DNA of 63,605 bases from Trypethelium eluteriae (Eukaryota): positions 1 through 63,605 of the forward strand of contig JAVECL010000067.1 of assembly GCA_051942245.1 (NCBI GenBank), read 5' to 3'. Positions 35,759 through 48,398 of this stretch are shown here, one piece after another. The notes under the pieces were generated by a model. That model saw nothing but the letters and a program-made list of their open reading frames with translations, was not told the DNA's origin and made no database searches. The position numbers and the translations under genes are program-made. Numbering within the stretch: position 1 is the first letter of the stretch; every line of letters begins with the position of its first letter.

Positions 35759-36535
35759 CTAGCGCTTCTCTCTGGTTGATAGAGTGAAGAAGAAGGGCAA
35801 TCCTTCACCGTAATCCCTACCGCTGTGGGCAAGAAAACTCAGCATCTAGAACCGTATTGCAAAGATGATATATATCACTATGAAGAATCGAAATATATGG
35901 TGACTCATTATAGTCTTTTAAAGATTGATAGATTCCTGCTATATATAGCACAAGCTAACTCGCGGTACGCTAAGTAAATCCTAAGCCGACTGAGGAGAGC
36001 ATGAGCCGTGGCAGTGCAAGCGTGAGCGGAGTTGAGCCGAGGTTGAGCCGGCCGTAAATTTCTGAGTCAGCGGGCTAATACCACTAACCTACCTAGGCTC
36101 TAGGTTCGGTGTACTCCGTATGGAGAGGTCATTTTCTGCGTGAACATAGCAGAGCAGGGTCATACAGTTGGCACTGCACTCATGGCGAGGCACAATGACA
36201 TCCGACACAACGACGACCGACATAACGACTGCGAGGCATGAAGAAGACAAAACGAAGGTGCGCACAATGGTGGCGGGCATGACGTTGGCGGCAGCGGCAA
36301 AAAAAACCCCCACAAGACATGACACGGCATAATGAAAGCGGACACAACCACGACGACGACGGCACGAGACGACGAGAACGACCATCGAAAGGCATCACAA
36401 GCGCAGCAGAGGGTCTCTAGAGGCTGGCCTTTATTTCTACGCGCCTATATGACTATCAGGGAACAGATTTTTAAACGTCTCCACATATTAGTATATGAGT
36501 TGAGGGGGAATGGATTTTAGTAAATCTTTTCTTCG

Positions 36536-37454
36536 CTATTTCCAGGCCAGAAGCTCACTTTGGATGTGGGTAGCCCACGCATCCTGAGTGTTGGCCCACT
36601 TTTCTAAAGTTTGAACGGGGTCTCTAATTTCCTCGTCAGAGACGCCAGCTTTGATCCAGCTTTCTCTACATTGCTCTCCGGGGTTGAATCTGCCGGTATA
36701 TGATCTAAGAGCAATTAACATTCCACACCATTTTTCGTACGTATTATCACTATACCTAGCAAATGTCTTTCTCTCGTCTATGGTCCCCGCGTACACATTG
36801 CTTCCGACTCCGACAATGACCCGCTTTTCCCCATTCTCTAAGACCATCCACATCGAATCCAGCTTGTCGATAATGACCTTTCATCTTTGGCCCTGGCCAC
36901 TCATCAATACCGATTCCCTTAAGAGCATTCTGCCCCCATAATTCTTCAAGATTGTACTCTAGCTAGAATAACATCTTCGCAGAATCCCTCGTGGCCACAA
37001 TCCCTCCCGCCTTGACCACCCGCCTTATTTCCTTAAGTGCTCGCACTGCCGTGTTCTGTCCCGGAAGATGCACGAGAACCTGTGACGCAAAGACCACGTC
37101 GAACGCGTCGTCTTGGAGTGACGGCCCTACTACAACATCACCCTCTTGGTAGGTGATCTTGCCCCTTTGCGTCTCAGGGCTGCGCGCGATGAGTGCCTGC
37201 GTAGTCTCCTGCGCCTGCTGTAGCACCGTGCTGCTTAAATCGATGCCTGTCACACTGCCGTGAGGGACCAGCTCCAGGAAACCAGCTGTGATAGTTCCAG
37301 GGCCGCAGCCAATGTCGAGTATGTGGTGATGCGGCTGGATTTAGGGGAGGAGGAAAGCCGCGTCGGATTGCGTTGTGCGGGATGCATGCCTGGCGGTGGT
37401 GGACTTAGTAAAGCCCATGGTGTAGCCGTCGTACTTGGTATTTGACAAAGCCAT
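36536..37454 (-). pseudogene. SAM-dependent methyltransferase (UbiE/COQ5-like) pseudogene
   Basis: ATG at 37454. AAFLLP*IQPHHHILDIGCGPGTIT has a stop at 37341-37343. FDVVFASQVLVHL...ALKEIRRVVKAGG follows. Second stop at 36963-36965 and a frameshift near 36845. Typical end ATHIQSELLAWK*. Confidence 0.85.
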
Positions 37455-38281
37455 TGAGTGCTTTTCCAGTGTTTAGCGAGTGCGCTTGCTAACATCTAAA
37501 CTTCGGGTTTGACAAAAGAAAAGATTGTGGGAGACGTTGCCTTACCGGTCTTTGTTCACCGAAACTGGTCCTAAGCGCTATGTTCCTTAACTGGCCGCTA
37601 GCGCACGTCACTTTATGTCTGCGTTGCAAGCTTTGGTTTCGAATAGGCCTCGACAGGTTTGCGACTAGGAATACAAGAACCGCAGTTTGCCCATGAGAGG
37701 CGTCTCTTTTGTTTTCAGGATAGGTTCCATGACGTTGCAGGTGGGAGTTCTTCTTACACTCTGGCTTATAGGTGTAGCCACCGTCTAGACTCTCTCTATT
37801 TCCTTTCTATCGTTTTTTTGAGCAGGTTGCTTGTCTATTTCAACTGCTCCCAACAACGCATCTGTGCGACCGGTCAGGACGCGTGACACCTGCCCGGAGT
37901 GAAGGTCCCATTTCACTTGTCTCGGTAGATTCTTGAAAGGTCGTATTCAGTTCTTGGACTTCTATTACCACATCTGCACCTCCAGGGTTCTTGATCGCCG
38001 ATCTCGCTCAATACATTACTGCACAATCACTGCATTTGACCGAAAAATCCGGGAACAGCTCGTATGCTGGAGCCGCAACCCTTTTCGCGCAATTATAGGC
38101 TAGTTAGATGCTCTGTTCGGCATTCCCATGCGTTCGGTATTCCGGGGTTCACATTACGATATACTTCACCAAACGTCAGTTTTAAGCGGAGACACAAATG
38201 GTAATTACCGTAACGTGTCATAGCTTGCATATCAAACTCAATTTATGCTCTATGAGCGCTCAGAATTCCCAATCACTCAAA

Positions 38282-39532
38282 ATGTCTACCTCCACCCCCA
38301 TACCAATTCTCATAGTTGGCACCGGCCCTAGCGGCCTTCTTCTAGCACAGGCTCTCAAAAAAGCCGGGATCCCCTTCCGTCTTTCGAGCGGGATCCTGCG
38401 CTGAACGTCCGCTCTACCGGCTACCGCTTCGGACTGAGTGGCCATGGCGTACTTGCTCTGCAGCAAAGCCTTACCGCTGAGCACTTCAACTTACTCGAAC
38501 GATCCTGCAGCGCCCACCTCAAAATCGATGAAGTCAAAATCCTCAACGCTGTGACACAGGCTCCTACACCCGACAGTCCGCGACCTGTACCGTATCCTGA
38601 TAACGTGAAACCGCTCGCGGCGGATAGAAAAGTGTTCCGCTCCGTACTAGCGCGCGGGCTGGAGGAAGATATTCAGTTCAACCACGAGCTTGTCAGCTAC
38701 AGCCTCTTACCTGACAGAAAGTCAGTCACAATCTCCTTCAAAAACAGCGTACAAGCAACGGGCTCGCCCCTCGTAGGAGCCGACGGCGCCTGGAGCCGCG
38801 TACGGCAACAGTATCTGCCAAACTTCGTTCCCGTCGACACAGAAGCACGATGGCTATACGGCAAGACGCTTCTGACACCCCAGCTGAAAGCCGAACTCCA
38901 CCCAGATATGCTCAAAGGGTTGATACTAGTGAGCGACCTTGGTCAGTCGGTGCCCATGACGGTGCTGACAGAGCCGATGATGTTTGACCGCACTTTAGAG
39001 AGGGAGGCTGGCGTCAGTCTGCCGGAGGACTATCTCTACTGGGTCTTGGGCGTACGTGCGGACAAACTGGAAACACCAGCTATCGGCGCGAAGCCGAGTC
39101 CAGCAGAGTGCGCGTCACTTTCAAAGAGGTTGGTGAGCCACTGGCATCCGAGTTTTCGTGTGCTGTTCGTGCTCCAGGATGAGAGCCAGACGAGTTTACT
39201 CAGAACCGGAAGTATGCTGCCGGACTTGCCGAATTGGACGCCGAGCCGTGTGACGATAGCTGGGGACGCGGCGTATGTCGTGAGTCCAACGGCCGGCATG
39301 GGAGCGTCCACTGCGCTACGAGATGCGGGTTACTACGTGCTTGGTGGAGGATGACGTGAGTGTAGAGAGTGTGGGGAAGTATGAGGATGTGATGAGGGTG
39401 TGGGCGGGCGACGTACTTAGATATGGTGAAATAGGCGGGAAGATAATGTTTGGTATGCGGGATTTTAACGAGATGAAGCGTTTTGGCAAGGGGGATAATC
39501 TGGTTGGGCAGGGGGCATTGGCAGGTGTTTAA
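38282..39532 (+). pseudogene. FAD-dependent monooxygenase (UbiH/aromatic hydroxylase-like) with frameshifts
   Basis: ILIVGTGPSGLLLAQAL, then a frameshift near 38382 into FERD...GYRF. LVGADGAWSRVR and VTIAGDAAYVVSPTAGMGASTALRDA follow. Second frameshift near 39330. Confidence 0.85.
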
Positions 39533-41074
39533 GAGTATTGCGTTCAGGGTTATGAAAGTTGGAGCATTAAGAGATGAGAGCCTTTTCTGAATTTTGGAGG
39601 CTATATGAACTAAATTTAGCAAAATAGGCGAGGGTCAAATGCTTTGCCTGCTGATGGTCATTTTTGAGGAATCGACAAATCATGATGTCGCTCAAGTGGT
39701 ATAACCATTGGAGCTAGCAGCAGCCTTACAAAGACGCGTACCACTGCAGTGATATCTTGCTTTGAGGAACAAAGTTCCAAAAAGTTCAGCTAGGGTTTTA
39801 TTGAGCGGTAACTTCCTGTGAGGGACTCGGTGCGCTGGGTTGTCCTCTATGAAATTATCGCCTGGTATGGATGAGCGTCTAGGGAAGCTAAGAAATGAGA
39901 CTATCATTGATGGATCGGAGCTGACTTGCATCCAGGTGCTATTTTGTGTGAGGCTAAAATCTGGGAAGGCAGCGCCAGAGCGTACGTCTTACGGAGGAGC
40001 AACGCGAACGTGTCTCATAGCTTGCTAGTAAAAAAATCTTGTAGATTGATGTTGCGGGCTTCGATTACTTTTATCAGCTGACAGCGAAGCGGGCTAGTGC
40101 GCCTATCAAGCTTGAACAAATTTGGAGGGATAGATAGAACACTTATGAGTGAGCTGATAATGCTGTTTGAATATCTAGGGACAGCGCATGCACTGATTGC
40201 TGCTGAACGAGGTAAGAGTTCCATCAAAGATGGAAACGTGGGGTTACAGTAGAGCGAATTGCACATGCCCTACGTTAGAAGAAAACAAAGGAGCCGTCTA
40301 GTCCCAGCCCGATTGCAACCCACCTAAGGTTGATATTATTACATTTACCCAAGGCTAGCGAGAATGCAACCCCTCAAGACCAATCAGGAGGCACTTAGGA
40401 CGGGATATGGGCGAGTAGTCTAGCCCAAGTAAGTCTACAATCCGCCCAGGTCAATCAAAGTTGCAGCAAGACAGGTAGCAATGAGGATGGGTAGGTGGGC
40501 CAGTCTATCACTGCCCCTAGTGGCGATCTTGACTTGTCTTAACATTGACCTATCTTCATGATGAGTCCTTTCTAGGACCGCTAAAGCTTTTTGCCATGGT
40601 CGAAGGTAATTACGGGGCTCCATTAAGCCTTGCTCAAGCGATCTTTACTGTTACTCCTGTTGCAAAGCTCCTCTGGGACTGAAGCAGTTTTGGGCACAGG
40701 CGCTGATCGAACAACCCGAATTTGGAAGACTGCATTTGGGTGGCACCGAGGCTTTTGATCGAGTAGGAGAGTCGCATATCAGTCGGATTTCTACTACTTA
40801 TCTCTCACCCGTTTCGTCCTTCTTCTTTTCGCTCTTTCGTCTTCTTGGAGAAGGTAACTCGGTCATCTACTCATCTTCACTACGGATTCACCAAGCATCA
40901 GAACAGATTAAATTAGTGCATTCTCTCCGAGCCCACCATCTTTTTGTCCTCATCTATACCTTTCGGACGAGGCGGAGGTAGTTCAATCCTCGGCCCTCGA
41001 ATCTGGTAATGCTATTGGCGATACAGTTCTTGCTGCTTTAGTGTTAGGGACTTGCGATCAGTGAGGTCGCAAGA

Positions 41075-41649
41075 ATGACGAAATACTGCGCATCATGCTG
41101 CAGAAAACGTGTACATGGATGGTCAGGAACTGGTGATTTCTGCAAGAGTTGCCGTAAACGCGGATACACTTCAGCTCGATACTGCATTTCTTGTGGAGAT
41201 GACTCAGACGAATGTAGCTGTTCACTGGACCTAGACGAGGACGAAGACGAGGACGAGAACGAAGATGATGATGACGTGATGGCGGCGCACGAAAGCAACG
41301 CCTTGGTCCCGTACCATGATACCACTGTCGCAGGTATGGGCGGCAAAGTTCACCGGCAAGCAGTTACGGATCAAGTGATAGCAATAGGCACACAAGGGTT
41401 TCCTGCAACTGGTGCAACAAATGGTTTGACAACGAAGATCGTTTGGCTGGGCACCGCAGAGCCAATATATCTGGGTGCAAAGAGCATCAAGTGTGCTTTC
41501 CGGACGAAGATAATTACAGACATGCGCAGTCGACAAGTCACTCGTACTGTTTTGTCCCTGGCTGCGATGAAAAGTACGCTAAAGAACGTGGATGGCCGGA
41601 CGGTGACATTGAGGACCATGTGTGGTATAAGCACACTGACCGCGGTTAG
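41075..41649 (+). pseudogene. Small Cys/His-rich zinc-finger-like protein, split across two frames
   Basis: N-part has several CxxC pairs and an acidic run. A second frame gives CNWCNKWFDNEDRLAGH...CKEH...CFVPGC...HVWYKH. I could not resolve whether the break is a frameshift or an intron. Confidence 0.45.
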
Positions 41650-42330
41650 AGCTCTGTGTATACGAATTGGTAGTTGGCTAATATTGCTGGAACCGGACGA
41701 ATGTATCTCTGTTCAGTATTGTGCCTAATTAATATAGGAGTAGACCTGCTTGGCATCTGAGTTATCTTGAAGGTATTGAAGTAAGAGACTCCGTAAGAAG
41801 AAGAAGCGGTCGCCAGCATCGTCGAGCAACTTGTCTCTTACAGCGCGATCCACATACTCAGCCCAGTCCACTGCCGACCTGTGCACAGTGTCTTTCTCCA
41901 GCTCATTTCATCCTTCTCGAAGATCTTCACTCCCCACACGAGTCGAAAACGGCCATGAAGGGGCCCAGAAAGTGAATTTTACTCCAATAACTCAGTGTTC
42001 CGGTGAATCGGCTACCAGTTTCGGCCTACTTGGCCGCTGCTTTACGTGGTCGCATTTAGCTGCTGAATTTAGAATATAACAGAACAGGATTGACCTAAGA
42101 TGAAAGTAATAAGACGAGATGAAAAAGAAAAATACTAGCTTCACTCCAACTCCTCCCATTTCTTACGTACTCTATTTGCAACCCCTTGACTGCTTCCATG
42201 TATCAAGCCATGATCAATAGCTTAGCGTATCTGTAATAGACCGGAAGTGCGAGATACATCAATCCAAGATATAAGTCTTAGATTTCAATGTGGTGGGTGA
42301 TGGAACGGGTCGTGTATTTTAATCTGTGCC

Positions 42331-45300
42331 TTAACTTATTTTATATTGTTGTAGTAGGCTCACCGCCGCCTCATGCCCTCTTTCTGCAGCCCGTGATAGC
42401 GGTGTTTGGCCGGTTCTATCCTTTGACTCGATATCAGCCTTGCCTATCTCAAGCAGTAGCTTTAGCACCGCCTCACGACCGCTTTCTGCAGCCCATGATA
42501 GCGGTGTTTTGCCATAATTATCCTTTGACCCAATATCAGCCTTACCTGTCTCAAGCAGCAGCCTTACCACAGCCTTATGCCCCATCTGTGCAGCCCGTGA
42601 CAGCGATGTCTGGCCGTAATTATCCTTTAACTTGATATCGGCCTTACCCGTCTCGAGCAGCACCCTTACCACCGCCTCATGCCCCTTCAATATAGCCCAC
42701 GACAGCGGCATCCGGCCTTCGATAACGTCCTTCTAATCAACGTCTCTAATATTACCGTTCACTGCTGCCCAATTATTCTTGAGAGTATACCCGATAGCTC
42801 CTTCAAGCCCTAGAGCAGCCGCAAGACAGAGCGCTGGCCCCTTCTTAGGGACGCGCGTTGTCCCTGCTAGAATAGAAATCCAGAACTTATCCGCTCCGGA
42901 CAACTCGCAGAGATCCCAGGCTGTTGGTGCCGCTGTTTTCTGGCAGCGCATATATGAGCGGCGGTAGTGATCCGCCCAATTTAGAGCGGAGTATTTAAGA
43001 AGTAAGTCATGTTCCTCCATAAGATCAAGATAGAGGTAGGAGATGCAGATCTTGGTAAGGACTATGTTCGCAGCTGTTATTGTTGTAATATGTTTCCATG
43101 TCGGTGCGAACAGAAGCTGGAGCAAAAAGGTTAAAAGGCAGGATAGGTAAAACTAAAGCTGCGCTGCTATTAATACATTGCATTCTGGTTTAGGGCGCAA
43201 TAAGAATTCTCTCACAGTCTGGTGAAGAAGGTACACCTTATTATTGATGAATATAATAAATAAGCCGCAATAGTCTTTAATTATTTCTTAAATCCTGTCA
43301 TCCGGGATGATGTTGTCAATCACATCTTCGCGGGACTAGTTGAAACCTTTAAACGCTAAAGCCACAGCCATCTGCGAAGTAATTAAGGGTTCCTTAGCTG
43401 CCAGCACAATCTGAAGAAGCCTTCTAGTTATATGTTTATCCATGCTTTTGGCCAAAATCGCTTTGTACGCCTTATCAGCCCCTTGAGGAGGCTTTTTGGT
43501 CAGGCAAAGGATGTCTTGCTTCTTAAGAACAGATTTGGAGTTTATTAGACCATTAAACAAAAGGGTAATCCACAAATATGTCCGGTTTAATACAGCATGC
43601 AGTTATTCAATCATAAGATTCTGCTCCGCGTCCGTGAGATGGAAGGCCTTCGCCATTTCGGCAATTCTAATATCCACGACCTTCTTAATCTCCTTTGCGA
43701 TCTCATCTGATGCCTCACCCTTGTCACCTTGGAGATGGATCGACGGCAGCTGAGGGTCGGATAATGCAGCGAACCTGCGCGATATATATGCGTAGGGTCA
43801 ACTTGTAAATAAGAAGTTCAGACCAGAGCTTGGCGCTGCTTTGGTCCACCCATATTGGTAGAGTCCAGTAATTCTGGAGATAAGTTGCTGTCTGTCTTCC
43901 TCACTGCATTTATTTAAAGCATCAAAAATAACAGTAACTTTTTGGCCAGCAGTAGCAATTAAGAACGTATTCCATAAAAGGTTAAGTGATTTAACAAAGG
44001 GCGTGCCGTGAGCTTGATAATGTGTGAGTATGTCATCTATTAATAGAGACGGATCTGCAACAAAAGTCTGGTGCAACAACATGCAAAGCGCACTGCAAGC
44101 GCTCTTCTGTTCCACAAAGTTATCTTTAAAAAAGAAGTAGCATATTAGCCGTCTTTCGTCCGGTAAAATCTCATCAATGAGGTACCTACCTTAACAAGAC
44201 TGATTTGCCATAACCAGGGTCTGCTATTACGTAAAGCAATCCAGGCGCAATGTCTGCAGTGGGAAGGTTCCATGCCTTAAAAAGCTTATGGTTGGTAAAC
44301 CAGTTGCAGGTACCCCAAATCCGTTGTCGGTTCTTATTCTTAATCATTTCGGAGACGCAACCTCTTTAGAGGAGTAGCTAAAGAAACAAATCTACTTGCT
44401 TACCTCGTTTTAGCGACGCTTGCGCCCTTTCTTGCCCAGTAAAGCCCTTATAAATATAGTGAGGGATATCTTATATAATGTCAAAAATCGCCTCCACCTC
44501 ACAAAGTCCTTTTCTCTCCGCGCACTCTCAGACACTGACCTCTGCTTCTTTAATCCTAAACAGCTCTATACCTACAACGCAATCCGCTAGAGAGCGCCAT
44601 CCGCAATGTTATTAAAATTGATGGGTGGGATAAGTTATTGTTGTTGATTAAAATTCAATAATATAAGTACAGGCAGCAATCATGGACCCTTCAACTTCTT
44701 CAAGGCGGGGGCGGCCCTGCTTCCAAAGCAGCTGCTCGTACTCAGCAAGACGACGGATTGCGCCAGCGACGGTTGCTAAGCCTTCGAAGAGGATGTGTCG
44801 CTGGTCAATGGCGTTGAGACAAAGCTGTGAATACTTAATACGTTAACAGGCCGCACCAGTGAGCGCCTTACCCGTGACAGCACCATCACTCCCGCATCTA
44901 AGAAGTGATTGGAAGTAGTGCTTGGCCTTCTGAGTACAGCCCTGTAGTCCGGTGTCTGCGTCCTTCTGGAGGCCCTCAACTTCAGCCTCTAAAAACGCGA
45001 GAACGCGCCCCGTGTCAGTAGTGCTGCGGCTACCAACTAAACACCCGAGGTGCGACATTAGGATACGGTCGTACTTTTCCAGCTTCTTGCGCTTCTCTGG
45101 GTCTTCACGTAACTTCTTATCCGCCTTTGCCCACATGTCGTCGGCCTCTTGCACCGTCGGCCTCGGTGTGCCATTATTGCTGTTAGAGTTGCCGCCGGGT
45201 CTTGGACTGTCGGAAGCAGGCGACCGAGCATCGCCAAGCCGCAGACTCTGTTCATCGTCAATGGAGGCATTGGAGGGTGACAGAATCCGCGAAGGAGTCC

Positions 45301-45400
45301 GAGAAAGAATTGGTGGAGCGGGAGACTGTTGAAGCCGATCGGGCTGTGGATCCTCCGACTTTGGCCTACGCTTAACCAAGCGTGCAAGCCTGTCCCCCAT
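42331..45400 (-). pseudogene. RIP-degraded fungal NLR: N-terminal helical (NWD-N-like) domain - NACHT - ankyrin repeats
   Basis: N-terminal DMWAKADKKLRED...KYDRIL. P-loop remnant ADPGYGKS near 44200-44225, followed by a 4-bp AGGT duplication. Walker B FDALNKC (consensus LDALDEC). LFHQTVREFL region. Four 102-bp ankyrin repeats (TPLSWAAESGREAV). Many TAA/TAG stops. Confidence 0.88.
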
Positions 45401-47022
45401 AACGAATATGTTGCGCCGCTTATTTTATACCAACGAATCGATCATCATACTAAAGACGGGGTTAGACTCAGGTGTGACAGTTGTGTGCGAGATGGAAGAA
45501 GGGATTGAGTAAATATTTATTCGAAAGACTTCGGAACGCGTCGCGAGGCTGAAGGTCGGCCTGCATTCTGCACTGCTGCAGGTGGGCGGTGCTAGATACC
45601 AGCACCCAATGATGGGTGCGCTACGGAGATGTTACCGTAGTGATACTTCCACCGCTCATGATAGTTTCATGCATGATAATGTCGACCATCGATCCTTCTC
45701 TGAAGGAGCTTAGTGAGTGATGTTTGGAGTGAAAACTCTACCTCTTATCAATAATATAATAATGCTTTCATCTCTTCCTAAATAGCTTTAGCGACCATAA
45801 AATCATAAATACTTAGATCTAGACTTGCGTGTAGGTACAAATTTGCGACAATTTCTATCATTGAATAAAAGTATCCATTTTATCTCATCCTTGATATCAT
45901 TGATCCAACACTTCACTGGACACTCAAGAAATCAAGCGAATTGAAATATTTTGGATGAAATGATGGAATGAGAGTGTGGATGATAAGATAAAAGCTCAAC
46001 AGTGCTTCTAGGGATAGGAATAAACAGACCTGATGTAATAAGATAGTAACCAAGATCACAGATTTCTCAATAATAAAAGAATTTGTTCCCACTCCACACA
46101 AAGTTAGGTGAAACCTAAAAGACCTCCATTACGTTATAAATTTTATTATTTAGAACTGCCTTATCACAAGAATTGGCTGTAACTCGTGTAACAGCTTAAT
46201 TAAAATAGAACTTAATCTCTGGACCGGATTTTATGTGGAAACACCGCAATTCTTCACCGAAAGATACTGGCCAAAAAATCTGGGATGATGACACTTGCAG
46301 AGTCATTGAAGCCACGATGTAACGTAGATGCCGCGACTTAGGTGTCGTTTCGCATCATCAGCCGCCAATCGCATCCGATATGTTCAGCACAGTAATCTGT
46401 GTTTTAGTAAATCGGCGACGGATTCTACCCTTTTAGGAAAACGATTCTTATTTAGGTTGACTTTTATTCTTATAAGGTAAAAGTATGCACCTTTTATCTT
46501 ATTTAATCTTTCTTAATCTTATTATTCTTTCTTTTTTAATAATTATATAATTAAAATAAGTATGTTTTAATAATTTTATTTTTATTACTGCTTTTTTTTC
46601 ATTTTTTATAAATTAGACAATTAGTTAAAGATTTAACTCTTTATACCAACTTTTTATTTTTACAGTCTTTGTTATATTATATAAAAATTATAAAGCACTT
46701 TTTACCATTTTAATCCTTTTAAAATAATTAAAAAACCAACTTATCCCTTTTTAGTTTAAGTATAATAAAACACATTATTTATATACAAAGCTTAATATTA
46801 TTAATATATTTTATATTTTTAATAAAGGTGTAAAGAAATAATATTCGCCTATTAATAAAGTATAAAACATTTACAAATCCCGAAGAAATACCGGTATAAT
46901 TTATTATAATTACACGCTGGATTAACTTGGATGAATATAAAAGTCTGTATAACTTTAAATAACAGCAGACAGTTTTAAAAATAAAATTTACACAAAATAT
47001 AACTTATAACACAGTTGGTTAT

Positions 47023-47595
47023 TGTTATGAACACGGTCACCGTGAGACATAACAGAGTCAACAGTACATGAACGTCATAAGCGGACACAGGGTCTTAAAA
47101 CCGAAGTTTAACCGAATGATCAGTGGAAGCCTAAAATGATCAGTACTGAGCAACCATGATCAGTACTGAGCAACCATGATCAGTACTGAGCAACCATGAT
47201 CAGTACTGAGCAACCATGATCAGTACTGAGCAACCATGATCAGTACTGAGCAACCATGATCAGTACTGAGCGCTTGTGATTAGTACTGAGCGTCCGCGCT
47301 CAGCACTAAGCACGCGAGGAAAGTAGCTGAGCCAGTTGAAAGGACTGTGTCTATAAAAGAAGTCGCACATCACCCTCTGGGTGAGGATTTCCTTGCGTTT
47401 TATTACAATACTGTACCTCACAGTTAGTTACGAGTCAATTGAACAAGTCCTTGTTCATTACAAGTTGTTCAAAGCTTAGTGACCTTCTTACATACATTGG
47501 ATCCTTGACACTCCGCTCCTACGTGAAAAAACCCTGAGACCATTCTACGTACCTGCTACAAGCTGTGCTTGTACCAGGGGTATAGGCTCATAACA
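47023..47595 (+). mobile_element. Solo LTR (family B, 573 bp)
   Basis: Termini TGTTATGA...TCATAACA. Flanks GTTAT / GGTAT (5-bp TSD with one mismatch). TATAAAA at 47352-47358. GC content clearly higher than the flanks. Confidence 0.85.
47136..47291 (+). repeat. 20-bp tandem array ATGATCAGTACTGAGCAACC (6 perfect + 2 degenerate copies) inside LTR B
   Basis: Directly visible. Each unit contains the palindrome TCAGTACTGA. No spacers between units. Confidence 0.97.
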
Positions 47596-48398
47596 GGTAT
47601 AAAAGAGTAAAATATCAGTTTAAAAAGAGCTGAAAAGGGAATGTTAAAAATTAGACCATCTATTATTTGGGTAATTAAATTTAATACACAAATAAAACCA
47701 GTACTGTAATCTTATTAACACTGCCACATCTACTTCACATTCTCCTTCCAATTCTATAGTCACCTCCTCATCATAATTTATGAGGTCTGTATTATAAACC
47801 CATTAATAAGCCAAGTGGCCCTTACTGCCGAATAAAGGTCATTACATGGCAGTAGATGTCAAGCGAGATATCAAGGCTGAAGAGAGATATCAAAGAGCTG
47901 AGAAGAGGAATCAAGGGCATTCGGCCTAAGTGGCCGGTGTTTTACGTGCCTCTACGATATAGATAGAATGTAGGTGCGGGGTAATAGGGATCTCGTTTCA
48001 TTTACTTCCTGATTGCGCCATGGGGACGCTAAATTAGCTGCAGAAATTCGACTACAACAGAACAGAACAAAATTGATCTAGAGTATTAAGATAAACGTTG
48101 TGCTGGGGAATGGGCAGCCATCTCGGTGTCCAGCATAGGTTGATTGATTGATTGATTTCTTCCTACTCCCTATCAGGCCTAGCGCTGAGGTTAATGCGGG
48201 GATCTAGCTTAGTAATTTCAGCATGCCTTCTAGCCTCCTACATTCCTGCTGAACCGTTCCCGGCTGTTTTCCCTCTGATTGCGAGCTCTAGGTTACGTTC
48301 TAGAGTGATGTTAGACGTCCTGCGTTACGTTACAGACGCTTTCCTCCATCCTTCGATCGTCCCGTCACTTCGCGTTACTCTTCTTTCTTTCTGCACCT

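Larger units (their letters stand above)
46427..47730. mobile_element. AT-rich, RIP-degraded repeat/transposon relic interrupted by a solo LTR
   Basis: Abrupt very low-GC, TpA-rich tract with no ORFs on both sides of the 47023-47595 LTR. Family not identifiable. Confidence 0.65.

Noticed and set aside
47136..47291. Palindromic repeat array as a CRISPR
   Set aside because: Units are head-to-tail with no unique spacers, there are no cas genes, the context is eukaryotic, and it lies inside an LTR.
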